A DNA stretch of 64,000 bases. It comes from the human T2T-CHM13v2.0 reference genome, Homo sapiens. The translations under genes and the position numbers were made by a program. Positions 14,735 through 27,835 of this stretch are shown piece by piece (the first letter of the stretch is position 1; every line of letters starts with the position of its first letter). Below the pieces are notes generated by a model, which had not been told where the DNA came from, did not search any database, and saw only the letters and a list, made by a program, of their open reading frames with translations. The stretch lies in assembly GCF_009914755.1 (NCBI RefSeq), contig NC_060928.1. One strand, written 5' to 3'.

Positions 14735-16270
14735 TCAAGAGCATCACCATTTTGCTTGTCCAGCCCCAAAACACTGACATCATATTTGACTCATAACTCC
14801 TCCTACTATCCTCATGTTGGAGCAGATCCTACTGATATGAACAGAAGCCAGAGAAATTCTAGGCAGAAAAGGGTGATTCCCCAGCAAAACCCCACCCTCA
14901 AGCTGAAAAGCCTGAAACCATGGCCCAAAGTGAGAACTTGTATCCCTCTTTACCCGCTAAAATGTTGCCTTTCCTAAACTACCTATAACCCTGCCCCACC
15001 CCATCCTGTGCCCATAAAAACCCCAGACTTAGCTGGTAGGTGGGACTACAGATGAATGTCAGAGAGAAGCAGCTTGACTTTGGAGGGACAGCTTGACGGC
15101 GTAACTTCGGAGGAGAATCCAGCCAGAGACAGCTGGATTCAAGGGGAAGACTACCTACCTGCCCATCCCCTGTTCAGCTCCCCTTCCCACTGAGAGCCAC
15201 TTTATCGGCAATAAAATCCCCCACATTTATCATCCTTCAATTTGTTTGTGCAACCTCATTTTTCCTGGATGCCAGGCAAGAGCTCAGAAGCCACCAGTGC
15301 AAATACAAAAGGCTGTCACACTGGCCTTTGCCCTCGCTGGCGGGGGTAGCTGCCTCATGCGAAAAGGCAGAGGGCCCACTAAGCTGTTAACACTTAAGCC
15401 GCCCGTGGACAGCAGAGCTAGAACAGCACTGCAACACGCCCTCTGGGGCTTTGGGAGTCACAGGCACCCCCACCTGGATGCTCGAACGGGGACTGCATGG
15501 AGTTCGCTCCTGCCAGTGCCAAAGCGGCCAGCGGGTTCCAGCGCTCATGCATGCCAGCTTCCACTCTGCTTGCTGGTGCACTCCCTCCTGTGAGGAGTTG
15601 AGAGGGGCAGGCTGAGTAAATGAGGCACCCCCCTCGCAAGTGCCGTGAAGGGGTCAGGGGAATATCCTGCATCGCTACTGTCTCTTTAAAATCTCTCCAG
15701 AACCTGCACACCTCTCATCACCACCTTCTGTTTACCACCTAACACCTTAGTCTAGCTTTCCAGTAACCTTATGGTTGTTCTCCCTTCCTCCATTGACATC
15801 ACCTGCGTTCCACTGTTCCCAAAGTATCCAGAGTGATGCTCAAACATCTGAGAGACATCAGGCATTCTCCTATTCAAAGCCCTCCAGTCACCTCCCGTCT
15901 CCCCTCCTTTGCTGGCCGGCAGCATCCTCTGTGTCCTGGGCCCTCACTGCACCTCTAGCTCATGGCTACCACTCTTCCTCTTTGTCCTCCAGCCTCTAAT
16001 GAGGCTGGCTACCTCGTTAAGCCTTGGACACTCCAAGCCCACACTGTCCTCTCCCTGGAGCCCCAGGTCTCTCCTTGAGTTCTTCAGATTTATGCTCCAG
16101 CACCTCTGTATCAGAGACCTTTCCTAACTGCCCCATACAAAATGCAGTCCTCCATGTTTCCTTTGTCTTTTAAAAGTTTTTCTGCAGAACACTTCTTATC
16201 ACCTCTCATCTTACGTGTTTGCTTTTTATCTCTTTCCCACCATAAGGATTAGCTCAGAAGAGCAGAGACT
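14735..16270 (+). mobile_element. L2 fragments interrupted by an ERV1 LTR
   Basis: L2-like gcatcaccat...ccaaaacactgacatcatatttgactc resumes after the LTR with ccagagtgatgctcaaac...ttcaaagccctccagt...cagagacctttccta. Boundaries are approximate. Confidence 0.65.
14833..15674 (+). mobile_element. ERV1 solo LTR (LTR1/LTR27/LTR28-like), 842 bp
   Basis: TGATA...CATCG termini and a 4-bp TSD ctac (14829-14832 / 15675-15678). TATA-like cataaaaa at ~15013 and AATAAA at 15210. Confidence 0.85.
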
Positions 16271-17349
16271 TTCATCAGGAGAGCGTGATTCAGAGGCAGG
16301 AAATTTAATCATGGGGTGGAACCTATAAGGACGTTCAGTCCACGTACTGGCATCGTGTGGCTCTACACAGGGTAGTTAGGGGAAGGGACGAGTATTACAA
16401 GTTGCTGAAAACAATATATACTTTTTTCCTTTAGCAAATGCAAAGAGGTAGTCAGCTTCACCACTTAGGCAAATGCAGAAATATTGCTGCTGTGGAAAAG
16501 GGTGCAAGAGAAAGTCAGAGTGAAACAAATCGGTGCTTTATAATTTAGTGAATAGAATCTGTAATCATTACTATAATTTAATCATTACTATCATTTAGTT
16601 TCCCACTGTCATGATATTGCAGCCTGGTACACATTAATATTGCCATATGTTCATACTGCACACCATTATTTGCCTTTGTCGTTTTGTGTGAAACTAGACA
16701 AACATCACAATCTGACTTTGGACTCTGACCATTAGCATTGATTTCAAACAGTGCTGAGGCAATTCTGTGAAATATGGAATCACCACCACTACACAGGATC
16801 TTAAACTTCAATTCTAGAAATGGGATGGAACAGCTACCCACCTATCCTTAAGTATAATGAAAAAATTACTTTCCTGGTGATAACATAACCTTCATTATTT
16901 AAGTGGATATATGGTTGATTTTCTATCTTACATTTAATTTCCTTGGGTTTTGTTAAAATTATGAATGATGAGGCATTGCTTTATCAAAATAATACATTTG
17001 CATTTTAACAGATTTTCTTCCATTCTTTCTAAAGGAGTATCTCAAATAATGGGAGGAGTCAGCAGGCTAGAGTGTAGGATATTTTGCAGCAGTGTCTTGC
17101 TTTCAGCTTCACGTCATCCCATTGCTCCCTCAGCCAGCCTCTGACCCTACACTTGGTCTATACCAATTTTATATACTGAGTTTCATGGATACACTTAGGT
17201 GGCATTAAGTAGAATAATGGCAGATGTAATGTTTATATAACTTCACTTAAATTTAGTTTAGGCTTTTTTTTTCACCTCATCAACACACAAAACCTGTAAC
17301 CTAAAATTTGTGCAGAAATGTGTTTCACAACAGCAATTAGGTATACAGG

Positions 17350-17706
17350 TGTATTAATCTGTTCTCGCACTGCTAATAAAGACATACCTGAGACTGGGTA
17401 ATTTATAAAGGAAAGAGGTTTAATGGACTCACAGCTCCACATGGCTGGGGAGGCCTCACCGTCATGGCAGAAGGCAAAGGAGGAGCAAAGTCATGTCTTC
17501 CATGGTGGCAGACAAGAGAGCACGTGCAGGGGAACTCTCCTTTATAAAACCGTCAGATCTCGTAGATGTATTCACTACCACGAGAACAGCTTGAGGGAAA
17601 CCACCCCCATGATCCAATTATCTCCACCTGGCCCCACCCTTGACACATGGGGATTATTACAATTCAAGGTGAGATTTGGGTGGGGCCACAGAGCCAAACC
17701 ATATCA
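17350..17706 (-). mobile_element. THE1D-like MaLR solo LTR
   Basis: tgtattaatc...gagccaaaccatatca with a perfect 5-bp TSD acagg (17345-17349 / 17707-17711). Confidence 0.94.
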
Positions 17707-19039
17707 ACAGGCATGCTACCTAAACCTCTCAAATCATTTAAAAGTTTCACTTATCTTCAGAACACATGAGTCTATAAAGAAATAAGCAACTGTGTTTTGG
17801 GTTATAAGTTAAAGGCTTGTAAATCATTAAAAAGAAGACCACTTTACCATGGCATTTTTCACGACAGATTTTTTAAAAATATCAACATTTTCTCATAAAT
17901 CTCCATGAATTTGTTTGCAAAGAATAAATTTACTTAATCATTAGCTTTATTCTGCTTTTGGATAGCATGACTAAATAAGTTGTCTAAACTGAAAGAGTGA
18001 TGTTAAGACTAAAAGTAGAAGTTATCAGTATTTATGCTGATGTAACAGGCATAAAATGGGATTATGCCAGGCAATAAGGTGAAAAAGAGATGATGTAACA
18101 AAATTCCTTCTATTTTGATATTAATTTAGTCTCCAGCAATTTATAGCTTTTCTCTCCAAGAAACACCACTCCTGTACCCCAAGGAGATAGTAAAGTTGAG
18201 AAAAGCCCTATGAAAAGGTCAAAGGAACAGACACGAAATAAAAAATAAAATAAATATTTAGTTTAAAAAATAAAAAGAAATAATTTAACCTAGAATAATT
18301 AAGACTAAAGAAAAATGAGACTGAAAATTTAAAATCAGAAAAAAACTGGTAAAGTTAACTCTATTTTTCCCTAAGCCCTAACTTACCAGGATTAAAAGAC
18401 ACTCCATTATATTTCAAAATTGTTTTTGATAGAAATAGATTAAAAAGTACTTTATGTAGTGAGTAGAACATTTCTGGAACTCAACAACTTGAAATACAAC
18501 AGACCAAAAATGTAGACAGAATCTAAATCCTTTAGAAATATGCAGGAGTGACAGCTCCATCCATGTTTTCCTCCCTCGACTACAAATGGCTTAAAGACAG
18601 AGGTCATAAAAAAAGAGTGAAAACTACTAAATGCTCAATAGATAAATAATAAATCTTAAGTGCTTAATAAATGTTGCTGGAATGTGTAACAGAATATTCT
18701 GAAAGGAAGGCTATTCTTAACAGTCATGCCCACTGTGCCATGTCCTACAATGTGACTGCTGGAGAGAGATTAGAAGTAACATCTTTTTCTATGGCAAGCC
18801 ACACAGTCAGAGACCTAAGAGAAAGTAGTCCTCTTCCTCTTCTAATAAATAGAAATAGACAGTTCCTATATCATCAGAGGATTTCATAGAAAAAGCATTT
18901 CATAACGAAGGCTTATGATCCTGATTATGGGCTACTTTTAAGAACTGTGGCATCACCTGCTGCTCAACTCCCAGACAGAGATGGGCGTGGTCTCCCGTAA
19001 CACCTGCTGCTGGGGCAGGCTGGCGAGGTAGTCAAGAGT

Positions 19040-19270
19040 GTAGATGCTGGGGCCAAGCCAGCTTTGTGAAAAGCCCATTCTACCATATCCAGATGGATCA
19101 CTTCAGAAAGTGACTTATCCTCTCTCTGAACCTGCCCACATTTCCTCCTCTAGAAACAGGGATAACAACGGTGCCAACCTCCTGGGGTGGCTGAAGGACC
19201 CAGTGGATGCGTATACACGAAGCACTTAGAAGTGAGTCTGGCAGGTACTGCCAAAAATGTGACTCCTGCT
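19040..19270 (+). mobile_element. MIR
   Basis: aagtgacttatcctctctgaacct...catttcctcctctagaaacaggg...aagcacttagaa. Confidence 0.7.
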
Positions 19271-20589
19271 GCTATTAAACAGGGGATGTTGCCTTGGCAC
19301 CGACAGGTGTGACTAGCGGTTGAAATATTTCAGATACGGGGCCCCTTCTTGCCTTGGTCCCTCATTCAAATGAATTCACGAATCAGGTTTTCTCTTGTAT
19401 AAATGAGTTTTTTTTAAGGGCGTCTACTAAATCTTGGTTTGAAGGATGAATTCTTCTGGGCTCACATTTGCTTCTTTACTCCACAGATGGTGGAGTAAAA
19501 TCTGTGTTGATTGCACCTTCCGCTGGTGCTTTAGGCTCCAGGAGCAGCAGCTCCCTGGATTGAGTGGGAGCCAGTTCTGCCTGACTGGTCTCACCAGCAC
19601 ACCAGACTGCGCAGGCGGGTCAGAGGCCCACGGGGAGGAAACATCAGTGGAGGGAGGATGCTGTGAGCGGTCCACCCCTGCATGACAGATGTCCCTTTAC
19701 AGAAAAGAAGTGGGAAACAGACTTTGGCAAAGGGAAACGGCAGAGTAGCAAGATGATTTTGATTACTAGTGACATTTAATTGCAATTAGATTTTTAACCA
19801 CAACCAAGAAGATGATAAAGCTTTTCCATGTATTTTCCATAAAACTGTCCGAGCTTAGGACACTTTAGTGCTCATTCTTCCTGCAACACTACCCACCACA
19901 GGTTCACTGTATTGGAAGTATACTGAGAAGAGCTCGTGGCTGGCGTGGGAGCGCCGCTGTCTTCAAACCTGGAAGTGAAGTGCACCCACACCCAGCCACA
20001 GCAGTGATTCCCCGGGAGCGACCTTCAGGGAGTTGCTAGGAGATGGCCGCTCTGTGTTTCCTTTGATTATAGGGCATAACCCTGCCACTGTCAAAATGCC
20101 AAAAGAAAAGGGCAGTGATTGCTGGACATAATTTTTTTCTGTTACTTCCTGTGAGATATTGTTTTGCACAAAGGGAGGAGACTAAGGGAGCCATGGATAT
20201 CTCTGTAGCAGAAACATGGCAACTATTATCTGAGGAAGGCCGGCATCCTCCAATAGCGATCCTGTGTGCAACGCGTATTATTTGCTTCTTCAAATTGAGT
20301 CGTATCTTTCAGTAATTTCTTAAGACGCTAGACGGTATTACACATAGGCATGGGGGGTGGCTTGTGGTTTAAAAGCAGGGCTTACACATATAGGTAGAAG
20401 CCGCATGTGGTCAAAGGAGATAAAGTACCACAAACTGAGGAGTGTAGTTAGCTGGGCGCCCTGGATTGAGGTAAAGTAGAAAAAGACTGTGATACTTCTG
20501 AGCCCAAGACATTTCACTCTGCCACACTATCTCCTGTATATGCAGTTATTAGATAGACAATTCTTTTTCCGTGACAGCCAATATCAGGT

Positions 20590-21293
<704 letters not shown>

Positions 21294-22629
21294 TCAAGGA
21301 AGCCAAGAGAAGCTGAGAAAGTTTTCTTAAATCTGCTGTCTTGTTGGTTGCTGATCACCACCTCATTCTCCATGATAGGTGCACAGTTGGCGTACAGGTT
21401 ACCTAGGGCTGGATACTGATTGAGCATATCCTGTGCACAAGGACACCTATGTTTATTCCACTTAGAAGTCTGAGGTTGTTCTGAATGTCAAGCAACAAAA
21501 CAATGCACTTCTTTGGGAGAGCTGGGGCATTCCAGATTCTGGTCATTAACTGGGTGAGTGTCTTTAGGCATCATTCCACCTTTGTGGACTTCTGCTCCCT
21601 CGTTTGCAAAGTGAGAGAGTCAGACACTCAGGTTATGTTCCCTTAATCTCCACCTTTAAAAAAAATAATGTTCTGATCTACCTTCATAAGAGCAGTTGTG
21701 TGCCCTAATTTTCTTTGCAGGTTTGCTCTATGCAGACCTGTCATGTGGAAACTCAGAGTTATAAATTAGAAACAGGTAAATGATTTATTTTTGCCCTGCA
21801 AATGAGTCACACTCTCTACAAGTGGATTATTAAATTCCATTAAATAACAAGCTTGCCCAATAATTCTAAAATAGAATCTGGTTTTAAAAAAAAATCGGTG
21901 TACCTGTTCTCTGTTGTATAAAGAAAGGTATGTGATAGCATCGTTAAAGTATATGTTTTAGAAACTACTCTGGCAAATAATTTTCTTAGAGAGAGGTTAC
22001 CGAGAAAAGAGAAAAGAAAAATTTAGTTTTTCTGGCTTGGAGAAGCAGCAAGTAAAAGTCACAGCTCTGGAACCAAAGCAAGAAAGCTCCTTGAAGAATG
22101 AGGTAATCAGACTTGCCGGTAGGGACTCTCAAACCAGCGTGAACTGTACACTGCAATTAATTATTAAATGTGCTCAGGCTAGGTCAGGCTATACTAACAG
22201 AATTCAGACACGTTTTTCTCTCCAGCATTTGGTTATCAGTTTTTTGACATATAGAGTAACAGTTATAAGGATCAGTTTCTGCAACTCCATCCCTCAACCT
22301 ACTTTTTTATTGTAAATAGACTGAATGTGGGGAAAAGGCAAAGAGAAAAAGTGCTATGCTTCAAGAACATTTGTCTTGATATTTTGGTGGCAAGCATCAT
22401 CAAACTAACTATATTTGGCTCTGACTAGCTTAGCATGAGATGTTAGTTTTTAGCCGCAAATGAGTAGCACTTGACAAGGTGAGAAATCTTCCTTCAATTG
22501 TTGAAATCATCCAAGACGTGTTTCTAATCTACATTTTGAAAACAAAAGCCCTAGCATAATGCAATAGGAATTCTTCTTGCCTGTATAACTGGATTCTGCT
22601 CTAGGGTCTTGTGGGATGGTTATTACACA

Positions 22630-23110
22630 TGGCAGAGAAAGCTACGTGTCCTCTTGTACCCAGTCCCTCTTCTTAATTTATAACGGAAGTTTCAGCTGAA
22701 CACATGGCTTTAGCCAGGCTAAGATTACATTTTTCAGTTTCCCTTGTTTTATCACCAAATTTTGACCAGTGGGTGTGAGAGGAAATGCTGTGTGCATCTT
22801 CCAAGAGGCTGTGGCCTTAAAGGCAAGAGGTGCCCTCTTTGCTTTTCCCTTTCCTGCTGGCTGGAACACAGAACTGATGTCAGGAGCTGGGGCAGCCCTC
22901 TTGACCACCAAGGGAAGCCATGTTTAGCGCTGAGAAAGACAGAGCAATAAATGGAAGGAGCCCAGGTTCCCAGAATTGTGAAGCCTCCGTACTAGCCTTG
23001 CACCACCAATCTGTACTTTTACATGAGTGAGCAATACACATCTTTTATGTTTAACCTCTGTTAATTTGAATCTCTGTAACGGCAGCTGAGGTTTTATCGC
23101 AATAAATGTA
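22630..23110 (+). mobile_element. Old MLT1 (J/K-like) MaLR LTR
   Basis: gtgagaggaaatgctgtgtgcatcttcc...ttcctgctggctggaac...ggagctggggcagcc...ggaaggagcccaggttccc. Confidence 0.7.
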
Positions 23111-23629
23111 TTCCCACAGTCAGAATCCAGACAATTTCAATAGTTCCATTAAGTTTATATTTATGTATAATCATAAGAAGAAAGTCCCCAATTTTACACT
23201 AAACTCTGTATTCCTTCTAACTGTCTTGGGTTGAGTGACACGGCGGCTATTGAACGTATTTCTGTGGCACTGTAACCCAGTAGATCACACCCATGCAATT
23301 GCTTTCTCTTCCTTAGGCCCAGGTCACTTCACCTGCACCTCTTTAAAGACTGTATTTCCTTTCTGTGTCCCTCCCTCCCTCTCTCCCTTTCTTCCTTCCT
23401 TCCATGTATCTAAGAGATTGGCCTGGGCCTCCGGTACCCAGGTGCTCCGCCTTGTGACTCCATCTTATGTGAAAACTGTGCCAGGTGCTAGAAAACAGTT
23501 TGCAAATTATATTTTGGTTTGGAGACCTTGAGGATGCATTTACTGAATTTTTTGACTGGTATTTACATGATCATCTCAAAGAATGAATTGCAGTTTTTTC
23601 ACAGTGGAGGTACTGATAATTCACCCCTT

Positions 23630-23850
23630 GAAATGAGGCCGTGTGGGATGAGCAACCTTGAACCAGGACCTTAAAAGCTTAGATTCCAGCCACGGCTCCG
23701 ACACAAAGTGACAGCCGCGTGACCGTAGGCCCATCGCTCTGTCTCCCTGGGCCTCAATCTTCTCACCCTTGCATTGGGAATGATACTAAAGTTCCTCATC
23801 CACCTGCCTCATGGGATTGCTCAGAGGATAGTGTGAGACAATCTACCACA
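23630..23850 (+). mobile_element. MIR
   Basis: gtgaccgtaggcccatcgctctgtctccctgggcctcaatcttctc...acctgcctcatgggattgc. Confidence 0.65.
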
Positions 23851-23897
23851 AAGTACAACTGTGAACCACTTCCTAACTCCTGCTTTCCCACCTATTC

Positions 23898-24186
23898 TTT
23901 TTTTTTTTTTTTTTTTTGAGACAGAATCTCACTCTGTCGCCCTGGCTGTGATCTGGCTCACTGCAACCTCTGCCTCTCTGGTTCAAGTGATTCTCCTGCC
24001 TCAGCCTCCTGAGTAGTTGGGATTATAGGTGCCTGCCACCATGCCCAGATAATTTTTGCATTTTTAGTAGAAACGGGGTTTTGCCACGTTGGCCAGGCTG
24101 GTCTCAAACTCCTGACCTCGGGTGATCCGCCTGCCTTGGCCTCCCAAAGTGCTAGGATTACAGGCGTGAGCCAGCATACCCGGTCC
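23898..24186 (-). mobile_element. AluS with a ~12-bp internal deletion
   Basis: Antisense Alu lacking gagtgcagtggc. TSD is ccaccta(t/c)tctttt (23888-23901 / 24187-24200). Confidence 0.95.
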
Positions 24187-27100
24187 CCACCTACTCTTTA
24201 ACTATGACAGATGTGAACGTTTGATCTCTTTGCAGACAAGATCAGCACGGTGACTGGGTCTTTGCCCTACCTTCCTAAGCAAATGACAGAACTGGTAGCA
24301 GAACCGGAGCCCCTGAAGCTTCTGCAGGCAAACTTCCTGGAGCAGCCCAAGAAAGTCAGAGCCCCTCCTTTTCGTCACATTCAGTTGGAATTTTGGAAAC
24401 CAAGCATAATGGAGAAATAACTTTTTTGGTATAGCCGGAAGATGAACCCTTGGGCACAGTTTCAAAGTCAAATATTTTACTGTAAAGTGGAAGAAGAAAA
24501 TACCCAGATCTTTCTGCATAGTCAAGTGGCTTATGTTTTGCACGCATTGGAAAGAAGGGAAAACAAAAGCTGTCTTAGAAGACGAAATCAATCACATGAG
24601 GAGTGGCACTGCTCCAGAGAGCTGAGGTCTTCCTCTTAGGAATTACAGACTTTGGTTCCGTATAATTAGGCCCTGTGTTGCTCAACTTCCAAATAATTTA
24701 GAGAGAATTATCATGTGAGAGTGCACATATATACATTTTTTTCCAAAACAACCTTCTCAATATGTAGCAAAATGTAGTCAAGGAAGAAAAAAAATGAGAA
24801 GTTCTTTAGATTTCAGCCAAAACAATCACTTAAGCTCCAAGTCACTATATAAACACCATTAATACCTGTTAAAAGGTCGTGAATTCTGTAAGAGATGTTT
24901 GGAACAAACAGTGCTTCAGAACTACCCACAAAAATAAACAAAAAAGAGATCATATTATGTCACTGGGTCCAGACAGGATGATGAAACGGCTATGATCACG
25001 TATAAGCTTTATCTATCTTTCCAGAGAACAGTGTCAGGGACATATGGGTTACTTTCCAAATTTTGTTTAAAAAATATGAAAAACATCTGTGAAATTCTGG
25101 TAAGACAAAAAGAGTTTCTAATTCTTTGGATCGCAAAATGATTCTTCAGTTCTAATTAGCTATGATAAATTATGTTAATTCTAAATTATTATCATTCATG
25201 TGGGCATTTAATTTAAAAAGTGGCATTATTTGGAAAACAGTCTCTGCAATTTATTCTAATGTAGTTTAACACGAAGCAGCTACATTGCCTTTTTGGATAT
25301 TTTTAGAAGTGTGAAAACTGTGAATATCACTTCAGGCTTTGCAGAATGGTACTCTACAATGAATCTGTGTCTGGCATCTGATTGGTGATAAAAAAAATTA
25401 TTGGGAATAGATTATTAGTTATTCTGAGACAGAATTTTGAGAAACTTGTTGAAAGAGTCTTGTTTGAAGAGCCCATAAGGAACCTCCTCCTTCACACCCA
25501 TACTCTGGCTAAGAATGTTGACTCTTTTTTCTTAATTAAAGGCTGAATCACTGATAATATTGTTGATATTAAGTGCCTACTAACCAGCAGCATGAGCTTT
25601 TAACACTTTTAATGTCACCCAAAAGCCTACCCAAAGTGCCCAGGAAAATAAACAGTTTTCTAAGATTCAGTATAATTTTATTTTGTTTTGTAGCTAAAAT
25701 GCGCCAGAGCTGTATTCATGTCATCACAGTGGGAAGAAGGCAAACATCTGAGAAATTAATAAATCCCACAGCCGATCTGAGCTGTCACCCAACCCCAAAG
25801 GGCCTCAGTATCTGCATCTGTATATGGGGATAACTCAGTTCTCCAGAGTTTGTAACAGGCCTAGCACAGTGCCTGCACATGTAAGAGCTCAGAAAGTTAT
25901 TTGTAAATTAGTAAATTAATTTATAAAATTGTAATAAATCAATAACCATTAAAAAAAAATAAAATAAAATAAATCCCACAGCCACTAAAAGCATATCGTA
26001 TTTGGGGCACAACTCTGGCCATAGAGGCAAGCACCTGACATAACACAGATGGCTTCTTGCTGGTAGCATGGTGGCAACTTCGCTGAAAACACAGAGACAA
26101 GGACTGTTTCACTCTGTCTCCCTTAAGAACTTTGAAAACAGTTTTATGTCTTTGGAGAAGGAGCACCAATTTAGCTTGCATCATGGATCATATAGAACAG
26201 GGTATGTTTTAATGTGCTAAAACCTAAGCAATGTATTTAACAGAGCAATCTATTTCCATGAGGGTCGTGAGAAAATAATTCAGAGGCTCTAAGGGAAGTT
26301 GGGAGAAGAAAGGACAGCCCGTACCAGTGCACTCAAATAGCCAGAAAGAGCAGAGATGCTGATTGCTCCAAGCAGTAGTCTGAGTCTTATTCTATTCATT
26401 TCCTTAGAGTAATTTCCAGTATTTGTTAAGGCATACAGAATTTGGGGGCTTGAGGTAGGGAGTGTGTCTTATCCATGCTTGGAAATGTAACAGCTTTTGA
26501 AGTTTTGTAATGTTTCTTTTTTAAAGCAGGCATCTTTCTAGTTCCACTATCTCTGTGGAGTTGAGGAAAGAAAGTAATTCATAGACACAGGGCAGCACGC
26601 TGACCTTTCTTCAGTGAACGTCAAGGTCCTGGGCTCATAAGGGAATAAGGAAGAGGAACCTCAGTATATTAATCCATGGGCTCCAGCCACGTGGCAGCTA
26701 CATATTTTCAATCACTTTGCTTACTTCAAACTTTTCTTGGTGTGCCATGTACATTAAGAACAGATAACTAAGAAGCAACCCTTCTCAGTGTTTTTGGCAT
26801 CTACTGATCAGCACCTGACATTCCAAGTTATTTCCTCCTCTACTCGGCATGCCGATTTCTGTACTGTTGAACAGCAGGAAGTGCTTTCAAGGGTCTAATA
26901 AATTAGCCTTTCGTTGTTTCAACTTCCAAGTGAAGTTAACAATAAAAGAAGCTTAGTATGAAAAAGATCCAGGGTTTCTTAACCTACCTCTTGTTTCTTA
27001 TTTTCTTTCAGTATTGGCTTTTTTTTGATGATGTTTGGGTGTTTGGGGAGTGGAAACACCATAAATTTGATCTTAAGCTGTGCTGGGACAACTTTTGCAT

Positions 27101-27339
27101 GTTTTTATTGAATACTTGGGATATTCCACTGCCCAGAGAGTTAAAAAAAAAAAAGACAAAAGGATGAGCAGCTAGTTAATAGTCTTCATAGCCACCAGTT
27201 ATCCTTTAATCTAGTATTTTCTAGAGTGCTGTGATATTTGCAGAATTAACCCACAAAACAGTATCCTATGGGCCAACCGGTGATGAGACTGAGTTTGCCT
27301 TTGAGAACTCCGGTGGGTGTTCTAACCTAACTTTCCTAC

Positions 27340-27835
27340 CTCTCTTCACTGTCATTTATATTGTTGCCTGAGGACTCTTCCTAATACCTAGCCAAAGTAT
27401 GGGGGGCCTCTGCTGTCTGAGAGGTCAACTTCTAACAATTTAGTGTGACCTCAAGGCCACCCCATGACCTGACTCCATTCTCCTTTTTCACTCTCGTCTT
27501 CGGCCACCTCTCTCAATTTGCCAGACTATCTGCTCTCCCTGGAATCCACCATGGACGCTCATGCTGTTTCCCGAATCTGGATGTAGAATTTCCCTGACCT
27601 TTTTATTTACAAAATTCTACCCATCTTTCAAGATTTTCCTTTTCCTGAGTTGATTATTCTTTGTTTCTGTGTTCTCAAAACACTTTCCTTGAGCAATGCT
27701 AAATACTAGTTTCCTTCACGTCTGTTTCTCTCACCGCAGCATCTGTGAGATTAAGGATAGTGTCTTTTTCACCATTTATCTCTCACTGCTCCTAGTTCAG
27801 CACCTTGCATATCTTTCATGCTCAGTGTACTTAAA
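27340..27835 (+). mobile_element. L2 fragments
   Basis: ctacccatctttcaag...ctgtgagattaaggatagtgtc...cctagttcagcacc...catgctcagt. Confidence 0.55.

Noticed and set aside
10473-17785. Similar peptides (MAGEAS..WQKAK) at 10.5 kb and 17.4 kb suggesting paralogous genes or a provirus
   Set aside because: They are two separate THE1 solo LTRs with different TSDs (gtagt versus acagg) and no internal MaLR sequence between them.
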